A stretch of DNA of 64,000 nucleotides, from contig OY760505.1 in assembly GCA_963663545.1 (NCBI GenBank), positions 2,688,001 through 2,752,000 on the forward strand, in the 5' to 3' direction. This DNA comes from Candidatus Delongbacteria bacterium. GTDB lineage: Bacteria; CAIWAD01. Both the position numbers and the translations under genes were made by a program. Positions 47,665 through 56,961 of this stretch are shown piece after piece; within the stretch, counting starts at the first letter, position 1; each line of letters opens with the position of its first letter. The notes below the pieces were generated by a model. It searched no databases, was not told the DNA's origin, and worked only from the letters and a program-made list of their open reading frames with translations.

Positions 47665-49539
47665 GTGAAAAGCTTGGTACAACCTGCTATCACAGCTCGA
47701 CGTAACGCGCTTGCCGTTCTGCGTGAGGAGCGTGGTGCCATCCTGCTGCTGACCGGCGTCCTCAGCATGGTCATCGTTGCCCTTTCCGTGTCGTTCTTTC
47801 TGCTTAGCCGTGAACAACGCTTCCGTTCCATGCGTGAGCGGGCTAAAATTCATGCGCGCTATTGTGCCGAGTATGCGGTCGCCCGTTATGGAGTCCCGGC
47901 TTTTCTGGAAGACTCGGATCGCATTGACCAGGGTGACAACACCGACAACTGGATCACGCCTGTTAGCCGTAGTGGCATTATGACCGATGATTTTCAGAGT
48001 GACGACATGGGGCGTTCTTACGAGTTCGGCTATGCCAACCTGAAGATGGACAAGGTCTTCGACGTTACCAGTAGTCAGCCTTTCTATTTCGTCTCGGCAG
48101 AAGGCATCGTGACCTGGCGCGAAGGAAGCAAGGTGCACGAAGTGCGTCACACTAGCGCGGTCGCCTATACCTTTAACGACTTCTCCCGCTTCATGTATTT
48201 CTCCAATGGCGAATTGTCACTGGAGGGTAGCGATGTGAATTTCCGCTCGGGTGATGAGCTTTATGGGCGTATTCACATTAACGGGGCAGTCCGAATCTCT
48301 ACTAGCTGCTGCCCGATCTTCCATGGCTATTTCACTCAAACTGAGCCGGCGCCGATCAACCTGGGCCCCGGGCTATACGATCAGGTTTTCCAAGGCGGCT
48401 ACAGCTTTCCCTTCCCGGCCATTGAGTGGCCGCCGGACAACGCCATTGATCAGATCAAAGACCAGCGTACTACCGGTCATACTTACGAAGGCACCAAGTA
48501 CGTCGGTGATGAAGAATACAATGTCACCACGTACATCAAGTTTCATGACCGCCAGTATCACGTGGCTCAGTACTTGACTGATACAGTTACCCCGCAGGTG
48601 GATGGATCCGGTGCGCGCACCGGCATCTACGACACAACCTATGTACAGCTTAACGGGCTTAACTGGGTTACCAAAAACTTGCCGTATGCGGAAGGTCATC
48701 AGCTGATCTACGTTGACGGTGTGTGCCGCCTTGAAGGCCGCGTGATGGGCATGATTACGGTGCTTTCTTCTGACACCATGTTCATTATGGACGATATCTA
48801 CACCGCGGATGCAAATGTTAACAGCAATTACGGATCGGAAGATCTATATGGTATGATCCCAAGCGGATCCAATTACCGCATTGGTTTGGCCAGTGAGAAA
48901 GATGTGATCATTGCTGCCACACCCGCCAACGGTGCCTGGAACGGCAACGGTGTTTCGGTCAACAGATGTACAGCCGTGATGGGCCCCGCCTATACCGGTG
49001 GACCTGCAAGCGGCGACATTACAGATGTCACGAGTTTCTCCCAGCGAAACAAGGATGTCATTATCACTGCGGCCATCTTTGCTGTGCAGTGTAGTTTTGG
49101 CACCGAATTCTGGCATACCAGTGCAACCAATATTCCGCTGCCGAATACAGATGGTGTTCCCGGATCCGGAACGGCGCGCGATCCTGAGTTGTGTGCAGGC
49201 TATGCGGGCGTCAACAATTCCCATGTCATGGAATGGCCGTGTTACGGCAATGCTTCCAACACGGATGACCGCGGGGTCATCTGGTTGTGCGGGTCCTTGG
49301 TACAGACCACCCGCGGCTACACGATCCGAAACCCGCTTGGACCTCTGGACCCGGTCACCATCGGTTACCACAACCGCTATTACCGGTACGACAACAACTT
49401 CCTTAATGGTGGTCCGCCGGTTTGGTTCAAGGTGAAGTACACGGACGGTACGCAGGATGTCGCCACCGAGATGGTGCTCCCCGACTACAAGCGCTGGCTT
49501 GAAGAGCGTAGCGAGAACCGCGTTGACGTTGCTGAGTGA
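47665..49539 (+). CDS. Large PilX-like minor pilin with extended Cys-containing C-terminal domain (DUF4900-like)
   Basis: EERG|AILLLTGVL (no E5, as in PilX/GspK); ARYCAE helix; C-terminal GY..YRYD.NF...PP.WF pattern. Confidence 0.68.
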   Translation: MKSLVQPAITARRNALAVLREERGAILLLTGVLSMVIVALSVSFFLLSREQRFRSMRERAKIHARYCAEYAVARYGVPAFLEDSDRIDQGDNTDNWITPVSRSGIMTDDFQSDDMGRSYEFGYANLKMDKVFDVTSSQPFYFVSAEGIVTWREGSKVHEVRHTSAVAYTFNDFSRFMYFSNGELSLEGSDVNFRSGDELYGRIHINGAVRISTSCCPIFHGYFTQTEPAPINLGPGLYDQVFQGGYSFPFPAIEWPPDNAIDQIKDQRTTGHTYEGTKYVGDEEYNVTTYIKFHDRQYHVAQYLTDTVTPQVDGSGARTGIYDTTYVQLNGLNWVTKNLPYAEGHQLIYVDGVCRLEGRVMGMITVLSSDTMFIMDDIYTADANVNSNYGSEDLYGMIPSGSNYRIGLASEKDVIIAATPANGAWNGNGVSVNRCTAVMGPAYTGGPASGDITDVTSFSQRNKDVIITAAIFAVQCSFGTEFWHTSATNIPLPNTDGVPGSGTARDPELCAGYAGVNNSHVMEWPCYGNASNTDDRGVIWLCGSLVQTTRGYTIRNPLGPLDPVTIGYHNRYYRYDNNFLNGGPPVWFKVKYTDGTQDVATEMVLPDYKRWLEERSENRVDVAE

Positions 49540-49626
49540 AAATCTGCCGCAAGGCGTTTGAAATAGTCAATTGGATACGCCGCATCAACGCGGCATGGGA
49601 TATAGAAGGAACAGGAAACAAGGCGC

Positions 49627-50685
49627 ATGTTCTTCGGAGGAAATTCCCACCAGACGCTGGGTCTTGACATCGGGACCCACACGGTGAAGGCCGTGTTGCT
49701 GGACCATCAGCGCAATCCCCGCGTGCTGAAGGCCGGTATGCGTGAAATCCGCGGTGAATCGGACTACGAGCCCAAGCAGCTTCGCCGTTCCGAGACCCTG
49801 CTGGCGCTGCGCGAGCTGCTTGCCGAGTTGCGTATCAACCCGGCGAAGGTGAAGAGCCTGGTCTCTTGCCTGGGCGGCCCGACCACCAGCATGAAGGAAA
49901 TCACTGCCGTTAAAATGAGCGAAGAGGAGTTGGCGGCCAGCTTAGTATTCGAGGCTCGCAAGCACCTACCGCTTGATGATTCCGACACGGTGATCGACCA
50001 CCAGCTTTTGGGGCCGGATCCCGATGACAACACCAAGGCGCGCATTTTGTTGGTGGCGACCACTCGCAAGATGTACGGCTGGCACGAAAGCGTCCTGAAG
50101 GATGTAGGTTTCACGCCGGGAACGGTGGACATTGATCCGCTGGCCGTGACCAATTCGCTGCTGGCTTTGGGTGAAATGCCGGAAGAGGGTCAGGTTCTGA
50201 TTCTCAACTTGGGCGCCCGTGGTACCAATTTCATCGTGACCAATGCCATGGGCCGCATCTTCAACCGCGATCTTCCGCTGGGTGGGCATCACCTGACGGC
50301 AGATTTGGCTGACAAGCGCAGCATGCCTTACGCTGAGGCCGAGCGCCTCAAAATCGCCGAGGGCGTTTCTGCTTTCCATCAGGGCAGTGGCGAAGACGGT
50401 GGTTTGTCTTTGCAGACGCGCACCGCTCTTGAGGACTTCCTGGACGAGTTGCGCCGTACCCTGCGCTATTACGTGAAGGAAACCGGCAACAGCGACTTCC
50501 GCAAGGTGTACTTGACGGGTGGCGGTGCCTTGATGAAGGGACTGCAGGAGATGATTGCCGAGAAGTTCCAGATGGAAGTGGAAATCTGGAATCCGCTGTC
50601 GATGGTTGAGGGCGCCGAAGTTGCCAACGGCACGGTCGGCCCCCAGTTCGCACAGTGTACTGGTCTTGCGTTGAGGAGGGAGTAA
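49627..50685 (+). CDS. pilM: Type IV pilus assembly protein PilM
   Basis: LGLDIGT..VKAV, EA...LP, LNLGA..T, GG..LT, VYLTGGGA, GLALR. Confidence 0.92.
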   Translation: MFFGGNSHQTLGLDIGTHTVKAVLLDHQRNPRVLKAGMREIRGESDYEPKQLRRSETLLALRELLAELRINPAKVKSLVSCLGGPTTSMKEITAVKMSEEELAASLVFEARKHLPLDDSDTVIDHQLLGPDPDDNTKARILLVATTRKMYGWHESVLKDVGFTPGTVDIDPLAVTNSLLALGEMPEEGQVLILNLGARGTNFIVTNAMGRIFNRDLPLGGHHLTADLADKRSMPYAEAERLKIAEGVSAFHQGSGEDGGLSLQTRTALEDFLDELRRTLRYYVKETGNSDFRKVYLTGGGALMKGLQEMIAEKFQMEVEIWNPLSMVEGAEVANGTVGPQFAQCTGLALRRE

Positions 50686-50686
50686 G

Positions 50687-51295
50687 GTGCACAAACTTTA
50701 TACCATTAACCTCAACAAGGGCGAGGACAAGGCAGCACGCATTGCGCAGCAGCTTGAACTGCAGCGTTGGGCGCTTGTTGTCCTGCTGGTCCTGATCGCG
50801 GGCGGAATCACCTGGTTCGGCTATGCACGAAACGGCGCACTCGACAACTTGATTGCCCATCGTCAGCAACAGATTCAGGATGTCAAGGACCAGCTTCAAG
50901 AGCTGCAGGACACGGGTGACAACCTTTCCAAGCGTGACATTCTGCACCTGGAGCAGCTTGAGCGTAGCCGCCTCTTGTGGACAGAGAAGCTGATGGGTCT
51001 GGGTGAAGAAGTCACCCGCGACATGGCCTTGACCAGCGTGCGTTACGAGAAGGGTTTGCTGTACATTTCCGGTGTGCACAAAGTACGCGAAGGACAGGAT
51101 CCCCTGGACAACGTGATGGCCTTCATCGGGCGTCTGCGTGCTAACGAGCGCTTCAACCGGGATTTCGAGAATATCAGCTTCTATTACAGCGAGAACATTG
51201 TCCAACACGACCAGCCGGCTCTCCGCTTCGAGATCCAGTGCCCCTTGCTGAAGAAGTACATCTCGAAGACCGTGAACTTCAAGAACAACGCTTGA
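50687..51295 (+). CDS. pilN: PilN-like alignment protein
   Basis: INL motif, single TM, coiled coil, follows pilM. Confidence 0.8.
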   Translation: MHKLYTINLNKGEDKAARIAQQLELQRWALVVLLVLIAGGITWFGYARNGALDNLIAHRQQQIQDVKDQLQELQDTGDNLSKRDILHLEQLERSRLLWTEKLMGLGEEVTRDMALTSVRYEKGLLYISGVHKVREGQDPLDNVMAFIGRLRANERFNRDFENISFYYSENIVQHDQPALRFEIQCPLLKKYISKTVNFKNNA

Positions 51296-51320
51296 TCGCC
51301 AGATAGAGGAAGCCTGTAGG

Positions 51321-51896
51321 ATGAATAGAAACATCGTTGGCTACGTCATGTTGGCGGTCTTTGCCGGTGTGATGTACTACCTGATCAACCATCTCTATGT
51401 GGGAAAGCCCGCAGAGTTGGAACGATTGGAAGCCGAATTGCAGAACCAACAGGAGAAGCTGATCAGCGCGCAGATTCTTGCCAGTGAGCTCGATCGCGTC
51501 TCCAGCCTGATTGAAAATAACTTGGCCGCTAGTGCCAAGGACAGCCTGGCCGAGGATGCCTCACTGCCTTTCCTGAAGGATATCGTGGGCATGTTGGAAT
51601 CGCTGGGTTGCGATATCACTTCCATGAAGACTTTTTCCCGTGACAAGAGCGCTGAAGGCTACATTCGTACGCCTTATCTTGTCTCATTTCGTGGCAACTT
51701 CCGCCAGTTCGGCGAATTCATCAACCAGATGGAGAAGTCGGATCGCCTTGTCACCATGGAAGGCTTCAAAATCGATAACAATCTGACCCAGCTGAACTTT
51801 GCGAAGACTTTCGAAGATCTGAAAATGCATGACTTCGAGATCAAGCTTTCGACCCTCACGCTGGTGCGCAGCGACACCCGAGTAGGAGAGAACTAA
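51321..51896 (+). CDS. pilO: PilO-like alignment protein
   Basis: TM, coiled coil, G.F.QFGEFINQMEKSDRLV. Confidence 0.8.
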   Translation: MNRNIVGYVMLAVFAGVMYYLINHLYVGKPAELERLEAELQNQQEKLISAQILASELDRVSSLIENNLAASAKDSLAEDASLPFLKDIVGMLESLGCDITSMKTFSRDKSAEGYIRTPYLVSFRGNFRQFGEFINQMEKSDRLVTMEGFKIDNNLTQLNFAKTFEDLKMHDFEIKLSTLTLVRSDTRVGEN

Positions 51897-52426
51897 TGAG
51901 AACCTATACTCAGCTCTTCTGGAATCTGCTGCTCTTCCTCTTCGTAGTCTGTCTTGTCTGGTTCGCCTGGGAAGCCTACTCGCTGCACACCCATGTCAGT
52001 GCGCTCGAGAAGCACAGGATTCAGGTTGGTGAAGACAAGGATCTGCGCCGCACGGTGGATCAGCTTGAAACCAGCTTGATGGAGCGTTCGCAGATCGTGT
52101 TTAGCAACAACATCGATCCTCTCGAGTTGTCCCGCGTGATCATCTCCAAGAACATCATGCTGGACCAGACCAGTTTCATGGCTGCTCTTGAGACGAAGCC
52201 CCGCCTGTCCTGCATCATCGACGGACCGACTCGCCGGGCAATCATTCGCCTGAAGAACAAGAACCATGTGGTCGCCGCAGGGGACCGCTTTGAAGGATTT
52301 GAAGTAGTCAGCATTGAGTCGGATGGTGTGACGCTGCGTCGCCAAGGTCGCAACATCCCTCTGACTGTACAGGCCGCTTCCAAGGATCTTGCACGTCGGT
52401 TGTCGGAGATGGAATACGACTTCTAA
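51896..52426 (+). CDS. PilP/GspC-HR-like protein with N-terminal TM anchor
   Basis: Lies between pilO and pilQ; DP motif then L..I......AII...VAAGD...V.SI....V.L beta domain; no lipobox. Confidence 0.65.
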   Translation: MRTYTQLFWNLLLFLFVVCLVWFAWEAYSLHTHVSALEKHRIQVGEDKDLRRTVDQLETSLMERSQIVFSNNIDPLELSRVIISKNIMLDQTSFMAALETKPRLSCIIDGPTRRAIIRLKNKNHVVAAGDRFEGFEVVSIESDGVTLRRQGRNIPLTVQAASKDLARRLSEMEYDF

Positions 52427-52485
52427 TGTGCTGCGCTGAGATTGAGAATAATTGCGAATAGATCATCAATAGTGGAGTTACACCC

Positions 52486-53940
52486 GTGATGAACTTCCGT
52501 TCACTCGTTTCCACAACCTTGCTTGGTGTGGTGCTGGTCGGCCCAGCATGCATGACGGCTCTGGCCGCTGACGTAGAACCCCGCCTCGACAACAAGGTGA
52601 GCATCGATGCCCAGGACGCCAACCTGGCCGATATCCTGACCATCCTGGCTGAGCAGTCCGGTTACAACATTGTCACCGGTAGCGAACTCAGCTCGGAGAA
52701 TGATGACAATGATTACGGCCGCATTACCCTCCATCTAGAGGAAACGCCCATATCCGAGGCATTGGACCTGGTGGTTCGTGCTGCGGGGCTTTCCTATGAG
52801 AAGGTAGGTAGCAGCTTCATCGTGGCCGACCCCAAGAAGATTCAGCAGGAAGTGGGATTGAACTCCTACGTCATTCCGCTGCGTTTTGCCACCGCAACCG
52901 AAATTGTAGACTTGATTGCTGACCTAACCAGCCAAGCCCAAGTCGATTCGATGAACAACGCCGTCGTGCTGCGCACTTCCACCAAGGTGTACGACGAAGT
53001 TCGTGAAGTGATCGAGCAGGTTGACCGTCCGGTTCCGCAGATCATGCTTGAGGCCAAGGTCATCGAAGTGACCGTGGACGACGATGAGCTGATCGGCATC
53101 GACTGGGGAAAGCTCAACGACATCACCACCATTCTTGCCGAGAACGGCCAGGTCCGCCAGGACTGGATGGTTCCCGAGGAATGGGGTACCCCGACCAGTG
53201 ATCAGGGATGGAAGAACAACGAGGGCGGCCCCTGGTTGTGGATGAATGAAATCCAGACCGCGCGTGGCTCTCTGCCTTCGACTGCGCCCTTCCAGCCGCT
53301 GACTCTGGACAATGTCGGCCAGTTCAGTCGCCAGATGACGGCCTTCGACATTACCATGAATTTCATGCTGCGTAACAACCGCGCCAGCATCCTCGCCAGC
53401 AGCAAGGTTGCTACCCTGAACAACCGCGCCGCAAACCTGGAAGTGGTGGACGTGGTGAGCTACGTCTTCAACGCCGGTGGTCAGACCGAGCAGATCACGG
53501 TCAAGGAAAGTGAAGTGGGCATCATGCTGGACATTCTGCCCCAGATCAATCCTGACGGCTGGATCACGACCGCCGTATCCCCGGAAGTCAGCTCCATTGT
53601 GGACTGGATCGGCCCCAACAAGGACATCCCCCGCATAAAGCGTCGTCGCAGCGAGACTACGGTCCGCGTGCGAGACGGTGAGTCCATCATTATTGCCGGT
53701 TTGCTGGAGACCCAGCGCCAGCGTTCCGTGGACCGCGTTCCCATCCTTTCCAAGATGCCTTTCATTGGTGGCCTGTTCCGCAGTCATAGCGAGAACATCA
53801 GCAAGACGGATCTGGTTATTCAGATTACGCCGCACATTCTGCCCCCTGAGGGAGACTATATCTTCGAGATGCCTGCGACAGCCCTTGAGGTGGAAGAAGA
53901 GCTCCAGATCGATAACCTGATCCGGGACAACGATAACTAG
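52486..53940 (+). CDS. pilQ: Secretin (PilQ-like)
   Basis: Signal peptide; N0-like ITLHL...EALDLV, N3-like VDSMNNAVV, DRPVPQIMLEAKVIEV, VRDGESIIIAGL, VPILSKMPFIGGLF, LVIQITPHI. Confidence 0.9.
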   Translation: MMNFRSLVSTTLLGVVLVGPACMTALAADVEPRLDNKVSIDAQDANLADILTILAEQSGYNIVTGSELSSENDDNDYGRITLHLEETPISEALDLVVRAAGLSYEKVGSSFIVADPKKIQQEVGLNSYVIPLRFATATEIVDLIADLTSQAQVDSMNNAVVLRTSTKVYDEVREVIEQVDRPVPQIMLEAKVIEVTVDDDELIGIDWGKLNDITTILAENGQVRQDWMVPEEWGTPTSDQGWKNNEGGPWLWMNEIQTARGSLPSTAPFQPLTLDNVGQFSRQMTAFDITMNFMLRNNRASILASSKVATLNNRAANLEVVDVVSYVFNAGGQTEQITVKESEVGIMLDILPQINPDGWITTAVSPEVSSIVDWIGPNKDIPRIKRRRSETTVRVRDGESIIIAGLLETQRQRSVDRVPILSKMPFIGGLFRSHSENISKTDLVIQITPHILPPEGDYIFEMPATALEVEEELQIDNLIRDNDN

Positions 53941-53958
53941 TCAGAGGGGCTCAGAAGG

Positions 53959-56946
53959 ATGAAAAAGATGATCAAGAAACTCCTGATGCCGGCCCTGCTT
54001 GTGGCGCTCGTCGCCCTGCTGGGCTGCGACAACCGGTCGGTCACCACGACCTCCGGATCTGGTACAACTACCGAGATCGGATCCATTGAACTGTCTCTTA
54101 ACAATACCCTGCACTTCTACTCGCAGAGCGCCATCGGCGATATCGTTGATACACTAAGCGTTGTGGTGCTGGATGTCCAGCATTCCTCCATCGCTGGTGT
54201 GCAGGTGTCCTGTAACGTCAGCCCGGTCGGCTACGTAACCCCCATTGATGAGGGTGTAACCGATGACTCCGGTACGGCTTATTTCCGCTACACAATCAAT
54301 CCCAACAGCACCACGCTGTCCGGCGATTATACCGTAGGCTTTACGGCCACTGCTGGCAATAAGTATCGTGCGCTGAGCATGAGCCTGTACGAGCAGGGCA
54401 ATCTGACCCTGGAGTTCCGTTCTCCGGAAGCCGGCGACTGCGTCTATCGCATGGAAGATGGTCAGACCATCCCCGTGGAAGTCCTGGCTTCCCGTGTGAT
54501 CGACAACGATGGTTCAGAGGAAACGGTCGGTGTTGAGGGTGTGCGTATCAACCTGCGTGCTACGGGCGTCACAACTACCTTGCCCGGAAGCATCTCCTAT
54601 CAGGGTGTCACGGACGAAGACGGCATTGCGCGCGTGTACTATTACAACGGCAGTGCTCAGCCTTCCGACACCGTTCAGGTTCGTCTAACCGCCCGCATCG
54701 GCGACTGGGACGACAGCACGCCCGAGGCGCAGACCAACATTCTGATCAATGTGCTGAACGATTACGGCAACATGTTGACGCTTACCCAGCCCCAGTCCGT
54801 CAACCTGCGCGCCGACTATCTCTGCTCCGATTCTACCCGCTTTGTCTGGCAGTTGAAGGACAGCCAGGGTGAGATCCTCACCGGCAAGCGCTTTGACTAC
54901 ACCGTCAACATCGGCGAATTGGATACTTACCTCGGTGTTACCGATGACAATGGCCAGCTTGTCTTCACATGGCGCTCCTGCAGCAATGAGGGAGACCTGC
55001 TCGAGCTGAACATGGTCGGTCCGCATCGCACGTACACCTACACGTATCCGGTCGGCGCACCGCGAACAATCGGTCTGAGCGTGCTAAGTCCTGTAAACGG
55101 CTCTATGCTCGAGATCGACAGCGAGTGCGACGAAGACAACGCCATTCCTGTGCGCGTGCTGATGAAGTACAATGACGACAACAGCCCCATTCCCAACCGC
55201 ACCGTGAACTTTGCTGCGACATATGGCCAGATCGGTGGAAATGCCGTGACGGATGCAAGTGGTGTGGCGACGGTCAGTTGGCAGGATTGCAATGAGAGCG
55301 ATCGTGATTCCAGTCTGGTGATCACGGCGAATTACATGGGCAATGCTACCACACCGTTGCTGACAACCAACGCCAGCTATACGCTTACCTTGCCTCTGGG
55401 TGTGCCCAACCGTATCACTCTTTCTGCCGTGCGAGATACTCTGCCGCAGTATGAGGGCTCGACGGTAATCGATAACACCAGCATCGTAGCGACGGTGTTC
55501 AACAGCCAGAACCAGACGCTGGGGAACGGTATTGTCCTTGGTTTCAAAACCAATGGCATTGGCACCATCAGCAACCTGGCCTATACGAATGCCAATGGTC
55601 AGGCAACGGCGAACTTCGTGATGAACGAGCAGACAGGCGTCAGCGCCATTCGCGCTTTCTATGAGAAGCCTGGAACTAGCCCGGCCGAAACGCTTTGGTC
55701 GCAGCCCACAAGTGTTTCTGTGCTGTCGGGTCTTCCCGCCAATGTGACCTTGGAGACGGGTACTCCGCGCATTCAGATCCGTGGCTTTGGTGCCAATTCT
55801 GTGGCCCAGGTGGAAGCGCGCGTTGTGGATGCTTCCGGTGCTACCATCACAGAGAACGCACTGACCTACTTCAAGATTCTTAACGGTGCCCCCGATGGTG
55901 TCTATTTGAGCCTGCCTGGGCAGTCTGAGCAGATCTTTGAGGGAGACTCCATTGGTACCTATTCCGCCAATGGCATCGCTTCCGTTACGGTCAACGCCGG
56001 CACGCGTCCGGGTACGATCAACATTCAGGCCCGCGCCATTGGGTCGGGATATGATGTCTCGTCTTCTTCACCGCTGGTAACCGTTGTTGCCGGTCCGCCC
56101 GCCTACGGTACCATGGATTATGACGGTGTGGGTGAGGCCATCGGTGGCGGTATGTGGCGTGTTACCTGGTCTGTGCACCTCTGGGACCGCTACTCCAACG
56201 ATGTGCGCGATTCTTCGGCCGTGTACTTCAGCCTCTTCCCGGAAGATGTCTGCTCCATGGACGGTTTTGGCCAGACGGGTATCGGCGTCGACGGAGGTGA
56301 AGGGTACCACGGTATTGCCTATGACTACATGCAGTACGGCTGTAACACCATTGGTGATACACTGGTAGCCTGTATCGCACAGTCTGCGGGTGAAGTGGCG
56401 ACCATTACCTGGGATGATTCATGGCCGCCTGTGCCCATCGATACGAGCTGGGCCGCAGGTCAGGTCTACGTTGCATATCCTGAAGACAACAATCCCTGGC
56501 CGATGGATCCGCCTGCAACAACCTTCCAGGTGCCCTTCCAGCCCGGTGACCGTGACGACAACCTCCAGATCTTTGGACAGTACAGCAACATCGTTTGGCC
56601 GATGCTGCCATGCGGTGGCCATCATACGACCGAGATGGAACTGCGTGTCGTCTTGGTAGACGGTTACAACTGCCGTGTGGCAAATCAGATGATCCAGGTC
56701 CAGATCGACCAGCCGCATACTCTCGATCCCGAGGACGGCATAGTGATCACCGACGACAACGGATCCGCCACCCTTGTTGCGACCCTGTACAGTAACATTC
56801 TGGAGAGCACGGGACAGGAGTGTACGACAGATAACTGCTACAACTTCATCCCGCTGATTGTCAACTACAACGCGTATCGTCTACCGGATGCGAGCCCGGT
56901 CTCAAATCTTGGCAGCGTGACCTTGTCGCGTCCTTGCCAGAACTAG
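53959..56946 (+). CDS. Large lipoprotein with tandem bacterial Ig-like (Big_1/invasin-type) repeats
   Basis: Lipobox LLGC; about seven T(D/N)xxGxA-type motifs (VTDDSGTA, VTDEDGIA, VTDDNGQL, VTDASGVA, YTNANGQA, SANGIA, ITDDNGSA). Confidence 0.78.
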   Translation: MKKMIKKLLMPALLVALVALLGCDNRSVTTTSGSGTTTEIGSIELSLNNTLHFYSQSAIGDIVDTLSVVVLDVQHSSIAGVQVSCNVSPVGYVTPIDEGVTDDSGTAYFRYTINPNSTTLSGDYTVGFTATAGNKYRALSMSLYEQGNLTLEFRSPEAGDCVYRMEDGQTIPVEVLASRVIDNDGSEETVGVEGVRINLRATGVTTTLPGSISYQGVTDEDGIARVYYYNGSAQPSDTVQVRLTARIGDWDDSTPEAQTNILINVLNDYGNMLTLTQPQSVNLRADYLCSDSTRFVWQLKDSQGEILTGKRFDYTVNIGELDTYLGVTDDNGQLVFTWRSCSNEGDLLELNMVGPHRTYTYTYPVGAPRTIGLSVLSPVNGSMLEIDSECDEDNAIPVRVLMKYNDDNSPIPNRTVNFAATYGQIGGNAVTDASGVATVSWQDCNESDRDSSLVITANYMGNATTPLLTTNASYTLTLPLGVPNRITLSAVRDTLPQYEGSTVIDNTSIVATVFNSQNQTLGNGIVLGFKTNGIGTISNLAYTNANGQATANFVMNEQTGVSAIRAFYEKPGTSPAETLWSQPTSVSVLSGLPANVTLETGTPRIQIRGFGANSVAQVEARVVDASGATITENALTYFKILNGAPDGVYLSLPGQSEQIFEGDSIGTYSANGIASVTVNAGTRPGTINIQARAIGSGYDVSSSSPLVTVVAGPPAYGTMDYDGVGEAIGGGMWRVTWSVHLWDRYSNDVRDSSAVYFSLFPEDVCSMDGFGQTGIGVDGGEGYHGIAYDYMQYGCNTIGDTLVACIAQSAGEVATITWDDSWPPVPIDTSWAAGQVYVAYPEDNNPWPMDPPATTFQVPFQPGDRDDNLQIFGQYSNIVWPMLPCGGHHTTEMELRVVLVDGYNCRVANQMIQVQIDQPHTLDPEDGIVITDDNGSATLVATLYSNILESTGQECTTDNCYNFIPLIVNYNAYRLPDASPVSNLGSVTLSRPCQN

Positions 56947-56961
56947 CGAGAACCTGAACGA

